Shown: positions 17,413 to 26,735 of the stretch, one piece after another
Layout: the number at the start of each line of letters is the position of its first letter
Position numbering within the stretch: position 1 is the first letter of the stretch
Assembly (NCBI GenBank): GCA_027028725.1
Contig: JALVIB010000017.1
Location: 1-38,987, forward strand
DNA from: Candidatus Altimarinota bacterium
GTDB lineage: Bacteria > Patescibacteriota > Gracilibacteria > UBA4473
Length of the DNA: 38,987 bases
Reading direction: 5' to 3'
Notes under the pieces: generated by a model
Seen by the model: the letters and a program-made list of their open reading frames with translations, nothing else
Told to the model about the DNA's origin: nothing
Databases searched by the model: none
Program-made: the position numbers and the translations under genes

Positions 17413-18609
17413 TTAACTCGTTAACTTCCGATACTCCCTCAAACCAGCCTCAAAAATATCCATAGCTCGGCTTAATTTTTTTTCTTCCAAAACATAAGCT
17501 ATCCGAATTTCGTTTTTCCCCAAACCTTTAGTCGCATAAAATCCTTCCGCTGGTGCAAACATCACCGTTTCTCCATCTAAATTAAAGTCAGTTAACATCC
17601 ATTTCGCGAAATCTTCGGCATTCTCAATTGGCAATTCCGCCATGATATAAAAAGCTCCGCGGGGTTTTTGGCACTGCACACCCGGAATTTTCGCGAGTTT
17701 TTCAAAAACGATATCTCGCCGTTTTTTGTATTCGGCATTAACTTTTTCAAAATAAGAATGTGGTGTCTTATACAATTCCACCGCGCCCGCTTGTTCCAAA
17801 GTCGGCACACACAAACGGCTCTGGCAAAGTTTTAAAATATTCGCCATCAGTTCCTTATTTTTAGAAGCAATCGAGCCAATCCGCGCTCCGCAGGCACTAT
17901 ACCTTTTAGAAATACTATCAATGATAATCACGCGGTCGGAAATTCCCGCGAAATTTTCGCAACTCGTAAACTCAAATCCGTCGTAAACAAATTCCCGATA
18001 AACTTCGTCCGAAATTAAATACAAGTCGTGTTTTTTCGCCAAATCCGCCAAAACTTTCAATTCTTCATAACTATAAACTGCCCCGGTCGGATTTCCCGGA
18101 TTAGAAAATAAAATTGCTTTGGTTTTAGGTGTAATTAATTTTTCAATCTCTTTTTTCGCGGGAATTTTAAAACCGGTTTCCGGTAGAGTGGTTATAGGTT
18201 TAATGCTTATTCCGGCGATTTTTGCAATAGTGTTGTAATTTGTATAAAAAGGTTCCGGCACCAAGATTTCGTCTCCCGGTTCAGTTGTTGCCAACAAACT
18301 AAACAATAGAGCTTCACTTCCTCCGTTAGTGATTAAAATCTCATTTTCCGCGAAATTTATATTTTGTTTTTTGTAGTAATCAACAATCGCTTGGCGCAGG
18401 TTGGGACAGCCGTTAGAAATAGAATATCCAACAACTTTTTCATCAAAATTTTTAATCGCTCGCAAAAAATTAGGCGGAGTTTCAATATCCGGTTGCCCGA
18501 TATTTAAATGATAAACCTTAATTCCTTTTTTCTTGGCTTCATCAGCCAGAGGAATAAGTTTTCGCAAGGGAGATTCCTGCATTTCGATGACGCGAGCAGA
18601 AGTTTTCAT
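17413..18609 (-). CDS. PLP-dependent aminotransferase, class I/II (aspartate/aromatic type)
   Basis: 398 aa with SNPGNPTG and the SISKRYSACGARIG (Schiff-base Lys) motif. Confidence 0.9.
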   Translation of the reverse strand: MKTSARVIEMQESPLRKLIPLADEAKKKGIKVYHLNIGQPDIETPPNFLRAIKNFDEKVVGYSISNGCPNLRQAIVDYYKKQNINFAENEILITNGGSEALLFSLLATTEPGDEILVPEPFYTNYNTIAKIAGISIKPITTLPETGFKIPAKKEIEKLITPKTKAILFSNPGNPTGAVYSYEELKVLADLAKKHDLYLISDEVYREFVYDGFEFTSCENFAGISDRVIIIDSISKRYSACGARIGSIASKNKELMANILKLCQSRLCVPTLEQAGAVELYKTPHSYFEKVNAEYKKRRDIVFEKLAKIPGVQCQKPRGAFYIMAELPIENAEDFAKWMLTDFNLDGETVMFAPAEGFYATKGLGKNEIRIAYVLEEKKLSRAMDIFEAGLREYRKLTS

Positions 18610-18652
18610 TGCCCTAATTTTAAAGAAAAAAAGAAATAAGGAAAATTTACCG

Positions 18653-18857
18653 AGAATTTAAGGAAACTCTAATAAATAACGCAAAACAGAAAATTTCAAG
18701 ATTTTTGAGATAATTTTTTCAAGAAATTAATTTTCGTAGCGGGCTACGGAAATCACTATTTCGAGGGAAAATTAGCCAAAAAGATGAATTTTATTTTTGC
18801 GCCTGCCTAATTCCTTTATTGTGTAGAATTTTTATTTATCAGAGTTTTCTTAATTTC
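18653..18857. repeat. Roughly 205-nt long imperfect palindrome (MITE-like) centred on CGTAGCGGGCTACG
   Basis: The outer arm GAGAATTTAAGGAAACTCTAATAAATAA pairs with TTATTTATCAGAGTTTTCTTAATTTC. The inner arms also pair. Confidence 0.4.
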
Positions 18858-18967
18858 ATTCTTTTTAAATCGGTATTAGTTTTATTTAGCCACTCATTCT
18901 TCGTGGAATAAAACTTAAATCGCGGGATTTTGATGACAAAACTAATTTTTTCCCTAAAATAACATTG

Positions 18968-19909
18968 ATGAAAGTATTAGAAGTAACAGATTTGTTCAAA
19001 AATAAGACAATTCAGATTGAGTTGCCGAAAGATGTGGAATTTAAGACCTATCAACTTGTTTTGCTAAATACCGGCAAAGAAAGGGTCGTCGGAAAGGTGA
19101 TAACTTTTTCACTGGATAAGAAAAATCCGATTTTGGATAAAGATTATAAATTTGAACGAGCTTTGACCGATGAAGAAATTAAAACTTGGAAAGAAAAAGT
19201 GGATAACTCTTTCGAGCGCGTCAAAGTGGCTCGTGAATTGGCGGAGCAAAACAAGTTGGATATTCATTTTTTCCAATCCCGCGAAGATTTTGATAGTCAG
19301 CAGTATTCGTTTTTCTTTACTTCCAAGGATAAAGTAGATTTCCGCGAATTATTGAAAGATATGGCGCGAACTTTCAAAAAACGGATTTACCTACAACGCG
19401 TTTCGGCGAACGATCGGCTCAAAATGGTCGGCGTTTACGATATCAGCGGGCGGTATAATGTGAATGATTTCGCGAAATTTTTTCCGGATCGTCCGACTAT
19501 GAATGTGGTGCGCGACCAAGGAATTATGATTCGCGGAAATAACCGCATTTTTGATTTTAGCGGGAAAATTAAAGGAAGTATGGTTTACGAAGTGGAACAT
19601 TACCGCGAAATGCGCCGTTATTTGCCACACATTAAGCAAAAAGTGAAGGTTAACGGACGCGAAGGAGTCGTTAGTGGGCTGGATATTTTGAACCAACGAG
19701 TCAAAATTAAGTTTAATGACGGCGTTTTTTCTGAACCTTTCCATGTTGATGAGGTGGAATTTGAAGGAAAAATAAAACGACCACCGGAAAAAAAGGAGGA
19801 AAATCCCGCCCTTCAACGAAGTTCAGGGCAAGCGAAAAAATTGCCGGACTCCGAAGAACTTTTAGCAGACGCGGAACTTACTGAATCACAACCGGTCAAA
19901 AACCACTAA
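18968..19909 (+). CDS. PSP1-domain protein (YaaT/RicT-like)
   Basis: YSFFFTSKDKVDFRELLKDMARTFKKRIYLQRV..NDRLKMVG matches the PSP1 C-terminal domain pattern. Confidence 0.75.
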   Translation: MKVLEVTDLFKNKTIQIELPKDVEFKTYQLVLLNTGKERVVGKVITFSLDKKNPILDKDYKFERALTDEEIKTWKEKVDNSFERVKVARELAEQNKLDIHFFQSREDFDSQQYSFFFTSKDKVDFRELLKDMARTFKKRIYLQRVSANDRLKMVGVYDISGRYNVNDFAKFFPDRPTMNVVRDQGIMIRGNNRIFDFSGKIKGSMVYEVEHYREMRRYLPHIKQKVKVNGREGVVSGLDILNQRVKIKFNDGVFSEPFHVDEVEFEGKIKRPPEKKEENPALQRSSGQAKKLPDSEELLADAELTESQPVKNH

Positions 19910-19911
19910 AA

Positions 19912-20226
19912 ATGTTCTGGATTTACTTTTTGCTGACGATGTTTATGGATTTAGCGTCAATGTTTTTCGCGAAAAAATATGTTTTGACGCATAATTATCT
20001 TTGGTTAATCGCGACGATTATCGGATTTATGATAATGGGATTTCTGATGATCGCCATGATGAAATTCAAAGGCGCGGCGATTGTTAATATTCTTTGGTCA
20101 GGGGGAATTGCGATTGGGAGCGTCCTTTTGGGATACTATTATTTCCACGAAAAACTGACTTTTTTGCAGTTAGTCGGAATTTTTATCGTAATTGTGGGGA
20201 TGATTTTTATTGAGCTTTTTAAATAA
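19912..20226 (+). CDS. SMR/DMT-superfamily small 4-TM membrane protein (EmrE/ArnE-like)
   Basis: 104 aa with four TM helices. NILWSGGIAIGSVLLGYYYFHEKLTFLQLVGIFIVIVGMIFI resembles TM3-TM4 of SMR proteins. Confidence 0.55.
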   Translation: MFWIYFLLTMFMDLASMFFAKKYVLTHNYLWLIATIIGFMIMGFLMIAMMKFKGAAIVNILWSGGIAIGSVLLGYYYFHEKLTFLQLVGIFIVIVGMIFIELFK

Positions 20227-20518
20227 CCCCCTCGCACCCTTGTCAGGGGGGAAATTTTCGCGGGATATTTCACGGAAGAATAGAAGAAATTTAGAGGTCA
20301 GAAGAAAGTAGGGGACGGTTTCAAACCGTTCCTACCAAAACATTTTATTTTTTGTGATGTTTGTAGGGGCGATCCCTTGTGGTCGCCCAATAATTTGAAT
20401 TACATTTTTTGGACACCCATAAAGGGCGTCCCTACAATTTTTCGTAAAATCCCGCGAAATTTCCCTTCCACTTGTTGTCAAAATAAATAGAATGTGGATG
20501 ATTTTTAATAAATTTTTG

Positions 20519-21856
20519 ATGACTTACCCACTTTCCCCACTCGACGGACGATACGCTGAAAAAGTAAAAGCAGTCGCCCATATTTTTTCTGAATTCGGTC
20601 TAGCGCGCGCACGGACAAAAGTAGAAATTTCCTGGCTGATGTTTTTGTCCGCCGAAGGAATTGCACCAAAAATTTCGCGGGAAACTACGGCAGAACTAAT
20701 GGATTTGTTCAAAAACTTTTCCGACGAAGACTTTTCCGAAATCAAGAAAATAGAGCAAAAAACAAACCACGATGTCAAAGCGGTGGAAATTTTTCTGCAA
20801 GGATTTGTGCCGAAAGAATTGTGGTCGTGGATTCACTTTGGTTGCACTTCTGAAGACATCAATTCCACTTCTTACGCGCTGATGTTGCAACAAGGAACAA
20901 CCGAATTGAAAAAATTTATCTTGGAAATTACTGCGGATTTACGGAAAAAATCCGCCGACTGGAAAAATGTCGCGATGCTTTCGCGGACACACGGACAAAC
21001 CGCCACACCAACAACTTTGGGGAAAGAGTTTTGCGTGTTTCTGATGCGGACTGAAAAAGTTTTGAAAAAATTGGAATCAGTGGAATTTCCCGCGAAATTT
21101 GCGGGAGCAACCGGAAATTTTGCCGCACACAAAGTCGCTTTTCCGGATAAAAACTGGCCAGAATTATCACGAAAATTCATTGAGGAGAGACTTGGACTGA
21201 CTTGGAATGGGATGACGACACAAATTGAACCGCATGATAATCAAGCGGAATTATTGAACGAAATTTCGCGGCTTTCAACGATTTGGATTGATTTGTGTCG
21301 CGATATTTGGGGCTACATTTCACTCGGATATTTCGGGCAAAAAACAGTCGCGGGCGAAGTTGGATCATCAACAATGCCTCACAAAGTGAATCCGATTGAT
21401 TTTGAGAACGCCGAAGGAAACTTGAAACTGGCACGAGGAATTGCGCGAACTTTGAGCGACGAATTGCCAATTTCTCGCTGGCAACGAGATTTAACAGACT
21501 CAACTTTGCAAAGAAATTTAGGGCTGGTTTTTGGTCATTTTTTACTCGCTGGGAAGTCTTTGAAAAAAGGGTTAGGGAAATTAGAACTGCGCGAAGACAA
21601 AATTTCGCGGGATTTACAAAATGCTCCCGAAGTGCTGACCGAAGCGGTACAAACCGTTATGCGTGCACACGGACACGCCGATGCTTACGATCAATTGAAG
21701 GCATTTTCTCGCGGAAAAGCCTTATCTTTGGAAGAAATCCGCGAATTTATCACGCAGACAGATTTACCGAATGAGGTTAAAGAAAATCTCGCGAAATTAA
21801 CTCCCGAAACTTATACCGGATATTCCGCGGAATTGGTGGATTTGTTTTTGAAGTAA
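20519..21856 (+). CDS. purB: Adenylosuccinate lyase
   Basis: LSPLDGRY N-terminus and the SSTMPHKVNPIDFENAEGN signature. The start is set at the ATG at 20519. Confidence 0.92.
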   Translation: MTYPLSPLDGRYAEKVKAVAHIFSEFGLARARTKVEISWLMFLSAEGIAPKISRETTAELMDLFKNFSDEDFSEIKKIEQKTNHDVKAVEIFLQGFVPKELWSWIHFGCTSEDINSTSYALMLQQGTTELKKFILEITADLRKKSADWKNVAMLSRTHGQTATPTTLGKEFCVFLMRTEKVLKKLESVEFPAKFAGATGNFAAHKVAFPDKNWPELSRKFIEERLGLTWNGMTTQIEPHDNQAELLNEISRLSTIWIDLCRDIWGYISLGYFGQKTVAGEVGSSTMPHKVNPIDFENAEGNLKLARGIARTLSDELPISRWQRDLTDSTLQRNLGLVFGHFLLAGKSLKKGLGKLELREDKISRDLQNAPEVLTEAVQTVMRAHGHADAYDQLKAFSRGKALSLEEIREFITQTDLPNEVKENLAKLTPETYTGYSAELVDLFLK

Positions 21857-21872
21857 AATCCCGCGAAAATTT

Positions 21873-22385
21873 TCACCGCAAGGCATATAAGGCAATCCCC
21901 GTGGCGATGGAAACATTGAGCGAAGTTTTTTGTCCATACATCGGGATTTCTAAATGTAAATCACATTTGTCCAAAGTTTCTTCGGACACTCCCGTCACCT
22001 CGTTCCCTAGAATAAGCGCCATTTTTTCGATTCCTGAAACATTTTCCGTAAAAATTTCGCGGGATTTTGGTGTCTGTTCCAAGGCCACAATTTGGAAACC
22101 ATCTGCTTTTAATTTATCTAAAAGTTCAGCAATGTTCTCAACTTTTTCCCATTCAATAAAGTCTTCCGCGCCCAAGGAAACCTTTTCAATTCTACGATCT
22201 GGGGGACAACCTGTGTAGCCACATAAAAAAACTTTGTTCCAGCCGGCTCCGTCCGCTGTCCGAAAAACAGATCCAACATTATGCAAAGAACGCAGGTTCT
22301 CCAAAATAACCACTCGTTTTTTCGCGGGATTTTTACTCCCTCTCCCCCGGGGAGAGGGTTGGGGTGAGGGCTTAATAAAATTCAT
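21873..22385 (-). CDS. SpoU/TrmH-family RNA 2'-O-methyltransferase
   Basis: LRSLHNVGSVFRTADGAG, LILGNEVTGVS and EIPMYGQKTSLNVSIATGIALY. The N-terminal roughly 25 residues are translated repeats (PSPQPSPRGRGSKNPAKK). Confidence 0.85.
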   Translation of the reverse strand: MNFIKPSPQPSPRGRGSKNPAKKRVVILENLRSLHNVGSVFRTADGAGWNKVFLCGYTGCPPDRRIEKVSLGAEDFIEWEKVENIAELLDKLKADGFQIVALEQTPKSREIFTENVSGIEKMALILGNEVTGVSEETLDKCDLHLEIPMYGQKTSLNVSIATGIALYALR

Positions 22386-22391
22386 TGCCAA

Positions 22392-22796
22392 TTATTCTTC
22401 GGTTTCTTTTTTCTCTGTGTCGAAAGTTGCGGCTTTTTCTAGTTTTGCCGCTTCCTCAGCTGCCGCCAGTTCTTTCTTTTGTTTCGGAGTAAGTTTAATT
22501 TTATGAACTCGTCCTTTCTCTTTATTTGTAGTGTGTTGCGGATTGTGTCCGGCTAGTTTAGCTTTTTCCGCAGCTTTCTCGGCAGTTGTTTTAAACCCCG
22601 CTTTTTTCGCGAGTTTTTTCAAAGTCTTAATAGCTTTCGCTGATAATCGCATTCTTTCCACTCGTCCGGTTTCCGGATTCCACATTTTTTTCCAGAACAA
22701 ATTTGGACGGAAAGTTCGTTTAGTTGCTTTCAATGAAAAGGGACGATTTTGTCCGCTAGTTGTCTTTTTTCCGGTATGTTGACAGACTCGAGCCAT
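22392..22796 (-). CDS. rpmB: 50S ribosomal protein L28 with a roughly 70-aa Lys/Ala/Glu-rich C-terminal extension
   Basis: MARVCQHTGKKTTSGQNRPFSLKATKRTFRPNL matches the L28 N-terminus. The start is the ATG (rc of 22794-22796). Confidence 0.85.
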   Translation of the reverse strand: MARVCQHTGKKTTSGQNRPFSLKATKRTFRPNLFWKKMWNPETGRVERMRLSAKAIKTLKKLAKKAGFKTTAEKAAEKAKLAGHNPQHTTNKEKGRVHKIKLTPKQKKELAAAEEAAKLEKAATFDTEKKETEE

Positions 22797-22822
22797 TTTA
22801 AAATATGTATTAAATCGGCGCG

Positions 22823-22850
22823 ATGTTATGAAATTTTTTTGTTTGGTCAA
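22823..22850 (-). promoter_or_regulatory. Candidate promoter for rpmB (TTGACC, 16-nt spacer, TAACAT on the minus strand)
   Basis: The rc of 22845-22850 is TTGACC and the rc of 22823-22828 is TAACAT. Confidence 0.4.
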
Positions 22851-22916
22851 GTTTTTCTACTTAGATTCTAAAAAGAACCGCAACAAAAGTGAAAAAATTT
22901 ATAAACTTTTGTTGAA

Positions 22917-23358
22917 ATGAAAAAATATATTAAATCGTCTGCAAAGAAAGTTATCAGGATATGATAAAAATAAATTCAATAATAATTTAGATATTTTATT
23001 TGATGATTTGAATTCAGAAGAATTATATATAGATGGAGTTCCTGAGAAAATTAAAAAAGCTAAAAGTTATGTAAAAAAGAATATAAAGTTTATTTTAGAA
23101 GACAATCGAACATTATCAGATTTAGATGCTAATTTATTGAAAAAGCTGTAAAAGTATTAGATTCTGGTATTGATTTCTTTTCGAATGCAGATAAATATAC
23201 CATTTTAAAGAATAAAAAAAGGAGAACTTACAGGAAATGTTTTTGAAGAACAATTAGGTGCAATTGGTGAAGTAGGGAAGCTTGCTTTGGATGTGATAGA
23301 TTCATTAAAAGGAATAAAAGATTTCCCCTTAGCAATCAGAAATAAATTAAAAAAATAA
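22917..23358 (+). pseudogene. Frameshifted remnant of an AT-rich gene of unknown function
   Basis: Three consecutive plus-strand ORF fragments (..NLDILFDDLNSEELYIDGVPEKIKK..; VKVLDSGIDFFSNADKYTILK..; GELTGNVFEEQLGAIGEVGKLALDVIDSLKG..) lie in different frames. They are joined at poly-A runs. Confidence 0.3.
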
Positions 23359-23470
23359 AGAAAATAATTTTGAAAATTTCGCGGGATTTTAAACAACCCC
23401 CTCTAGCTCCCCCTTGTCAGGGGGAGAATGGAAGGAATTATTTTTGATTTTCTGCTAAACTTTTCCCGTG

Positions 23471-24019
23471 ATGGAAATTTTTTACAAAGAAAGTAAGCGG
23501 GCGCGGAATGTGCGGATTAAGATTAATTTTTACGGAAAAGTGGAAGTTGTATATCCCGCGAAATTTTTGCTAGGCGGAAAAAAATCCGCGAAAAAATACG
23601 CGGAAAAGTTTGTCGCGCAAAAAATGCCGTGGATTGAAAAACAAGTTGCCAAAATCTCGCGAAAAAACATTAATCCGGTTTTAAAAATAGATTCTCGTGA
23701 ACATTTTTTAATCCACAAACAGCAGGCGCTTGATTTTGTCACGGAGCGCGTGGAGTTTTGGAATCAGAAATATGGTTTCCAATACAACGAAATTCGCGTG
23801 AAAAAACTGAAAAGTAACTGGGGAACTTGTTCGTCAAAAAAAGTTTTAACTTTTAATTACAAAATTTTATTTCTCGCGCCACATGTCGCCGATTATATTG
23901 TCGTGCACGAGATTTGTCATTTGCGGGAAATGAATCATTCCGCGAGATTTTGGGCGCTGGTAGAAAAAGAAATTCCCAACGCGCGGGAACTTCAAAAAAA
24001 TATCGGAGCTTTGGATTAA
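23471..24019 (+). CDS. M48-family/DUF45 (YgjP-like) zinc metallohydrolase
   Basis: HEICHLREMNHSARFW is the HExxH..NHS..FW signature of DUF45/YgjP proteins. Confidence 0.85.
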   Translation: MEIFYKESKRARNVRIKINFYGKVEVVYPAKFLLGGKKSAKKYAEKFVAQKMPWIEKQVAKISRKNINPVLKIDSREHFLIHKQQALDFVTERVEFWNQKYGFQYNEIRVKKLKSNWGTCSSKKVLTFNYKILFLAPHVADYIVVHEICHLREMNHSARFWALVEKEIPNARELQKNIGALD

Positions 24020-24185
24020 TTTCACGGGATTTTCCTTGCCCTCATTCCCGCGGAAGCGGGAATCTAGACTTTAAAATAATTCCTTAAACTTCCCCCTTGA
24101 GAAAGGGGGATTGAGGGGGATTTGTTAAAAATATTCTTCTTTTCTCTGACTTTTTTTATGAGAAAAAAAGTCAGCAAAAAACTCA

Positions 24186-24324
24186 CCTCGCAGTATTCCA
24201 ATTTCTGAAATAAAACTCTTCAGAATCTAAATTCGCAAACGTTCTCAAAAAATAAACAATAAGTTCACTGTGCGAATTTTACGATTTTTTCAGAGATTAT
24301 TTCTAGAAATTTCCATAGGCGAGG
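24186..24324. repeat. Roughly 140-nt long imperfect palindrome upstream of uvrB
   Basis: CCTCGCAGTATTCCAATTTCTGAAATAA... pairs with ...TTATTTCTAGAAATTTCCATAGGCGAGG. Confidence 0.4.
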
Positions 24325-24434
24325 AAAATTGGAATTGATTTAATTATTTTTTCTGAATAAATGCCCCACCGCGAAAATATTCTTGCAAAAAGTTCGTTTT
24401 TTTGTAAGAATCTCCCAGTTATAATTATTTCCCA

Positions 24435-26462
24435 ATGTCTCAGAAAAAAAGCACCGAAAATCCCCACCGCCTTGCGGGGCACAGCGCGAAATTATTTAAT
24501 TTAGTTTCCGAATTCAAGCCAACTGGTGATCAGCCAGTGGCGATTGAGAAACTAAATCAAGGTTTAAATGATGGCTTGCGTCACCAAACTTTACTCGGGG
24601 CGACGGGGACAGGGAAAACTTTTACTATGGCGAATATTATCGCTAAACAGAATAAACCAACGCTAATTCTCGCGCATAATAAAACGCTGGCGGCGCAACT
24701 TTGTGCGGAGTTTCAGCAGTTTTTTCCCGATAACGCGGTGAATTATTTTGTTTCTTATTACGATTATTACCAGCCAGAGGCGTATATGCCACGAACGGAT
24801 ACTTTCATCGAAAAAGAGGCAACCATTAACGAAGAAATCGCGAAATTTCGGCACGCGGCGACCCAAAATTTGCTGACTAGAAAAGACACAATTATTATTT
24901 CCTCAGTTTCTTGTATTTACGGAATTGGGAGTCGCGAAGATTACGAAAACGCCGCTTTTACAATTAAAAATGGGGAAGAATATCCGCGAAAAGAGTTTCT
25001 GAAAAAGTTAGTTGATATGCGTTACGAACGCGTTAAAGCAGATTTTTCGCGGGGAACTTTTGAAGTTTTGGGCGATGTTATCACAATTTTCCCGCCAGGT
25101 GGAGATATCGCTTACCAGCTGGAATTTTGGGGCGATTCTTTAGACAAAATTTCAGAAATTGACGCTTTTACGAGCGAAGTTTTTCGCGAGTTAGACGAAA
25201 TAACTCTTTTCCCCGCGAAACATAATATTACTTCTCCCGCGAAAGTTGAGCAGGCGATTGCCAAAATTGAAGCCGAGCTAAAATCCCGCGAAAAACAGCT
25301 TCGCGATATGGGAAACCCGTTGGCGGCGCACCGCCTTCACCAGCGAACGATGTATGATATTGAAATGTTGCGTGAAACGGGCTACATTTCCGGTATTGAG
25401 AACTACACGCGATATTTAAACAATACGCCAGAAGGCGCTCCACCGACAACTTTAATCGACTTTTTTCCAGACGATTTTTTATGTTTTGTTGATGAATCGC
25501 ACATTACGATTCCGCAAATTGGCGGAATGTATAACGGAAATTTGTCGCGAAAACAGACCTTGATTGAGCACGGGTTTCGGCTTCCTTCGGCGATGGATAA
25601 TCGTCCGTTAAAATTCGCGGAATTTGAGCAAAAAATCAAACAAGCCATTTATGTTTCCGCGACTCCGGGGAAATATGAGTATGAGCATTGTCCAAAAGAC
25701 CAAATTGTCGAGCAGATTATTCGGCCGACGGGATTGCTTGATCCAAAAATCGATGTTCGTCCGACCGAAAACCAGATTGACGATTTAATGAACGAAATTG
25801 ACGCAACAATTAAGAAAGGATTTCGTGTGCTTTTGACGACCGTCACCAAGAAATCGGCCGAAGATCTCGCGGAATATTTAATCGAAAACGGAATTCGCGC
25901 GAAATATTTGCATTCGGAAATTCAGACTTTTGAGCGCGTGGAAATTTTGACAGAGTTGCGAAAAGGAACGATTGATGTGGTAGTCGGAATTAATCTTTTG
26001 CGGGAAGGATTAGATTTGCCGGAAGTGGCTTTAATCGGAATTTTGGACGCTGATAAACGCGGATTTTTGCGGTCGCGAGATGCGATGCTTCAAATTATCG
26101 GACGAGCGGCGCGAAACGAGGAAGGTCGCGTGATTATGTATGCGGACACAATGACCGAGGCGATGCAAGAAGCCATTTCCGAGACAAATCGACGGCGCGC
26201 GATTCAGGAAGCGTATAACAAAAAACACGGAATTACGCCGAAGACAATTATCAAAAAAATTGTAGATATTTCTAAAGACTTGTCCGGCGGAAAACCGCGA
26301 AATTTTGAAAAACTCACAAAGAGCGACCAAATCGGACAAATGATTGTTGAACTTGAATTAGAGATGGACATTGCAACCAAAAACCTTGATTTTGAGCGCG
26401 CGGCAGCACTGCGTGATCAAATTGAGGAGTTGGAGGAAAGATTAAGGAAGATGAAGCGGTAA
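24435..26462 (+). CDS. uvrB: Excinuclease ABC subunit B
   Basis: GATGTGKTFTMA, YYDYYQPEAY, DESH and a C-terminal UVR domain (AAALRDQIEELE). A hairpin element at 24463-24487 is translated as PHRLAGHS near the N-terminus. Confidence 0.96.
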   Translation: MSQKKSTENPHRLAGHSAKLFNLVSEFKPTGDQPVAIEKLNQGLNDGLRHQTLLGATGTGKTFTMANIIAKQNKPTLILAHNKTLAAQLCAEFQQFFPDNAVNYFVSYYDYYQPEAYMPRTDTFIEKEATINEEIAKFRHAATQNLLTRKDTIIISSVSCIYGIGSREDYENAAFTIKNGEEYPRKEFLKKLVDMRYERVKADFSRGTFEVLGDVITIFPPGGDIAYQLEFWGDSLDKISEIDAFTSEVFRELDEITLFPAKHNITSPAKVEQAIAKIEAELKSREKQLRDMGNPLAAHRLHQRTMYDIEMLRETGYISGIENYTRYLNNTPEGAPPTTLIDFFPDDFLCFVDESHITIPQIGGMYNGNLSRKQTLIEHGFRLPSAMDNRPLKFAEFEQKIKQAIYVSATPGKYEYEHCPKDQIVEQIIRPTGLLDPKIDVRPTENQIDDLMNEIDATIKKGFRVLLTTVTKKSAEDLAEYLIENGIRAKYLHSEIQTFERVEILTELRKGTIDVVVGINLLREGLDLPEVALIGILDADKRGFLRSRDAMLQIIGRAARNEEGRVIMYADTMTEAMQEAISETNRRRAIQEAYNKKHGITPKTIIKKIVDISKDLSGGKPRNFEKLTKSDQIGQMIVELELEMDIATKNLDFERAAALRDQIEELEERLRKMKR

Positions 26463-26735
26463 AATTTTCGCGGGAAATTTTTAGAAATTAATAGTTAAAA
26501 GTTAAGAGTTAATAATTATTTTTCGTGGGAAGATAAAGAGGGAGGACTCCCATATAAGTGGGAAAATCCCGCGAAATTTTTCTCGTCATTGCGATCCCGT
26601 CTTGCGGGGGTGGCAATCTCCTTCCTTTTCTATTCCTTCTTATCGCGGAATACATAATTTTTATGGAAAAAATTTGAAGTAGATTGCCACGGTCGTTCCG
26701 CTCCGCTATACTCCCTCGCAATGACAATTTTTTAA

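Noticed and set aside
23205-23396. ORF 23205..23396 (-) as a gene
   Set aside because: It lies antisense to the more coherent plus-strand gene fragments, has a low-complexity translation and runs into intergenic repeats.
24383-24425. A sigma70 promoter for uvrB (TTGCAA ... TATAAT)
   Set aside because: The TATAAT at 24420-24425 has no acceptable -35 element at 16-18 nt spacing. The TTGCAA at 24383 pairs only with a poor -10 element. The evidence is too weak to call.
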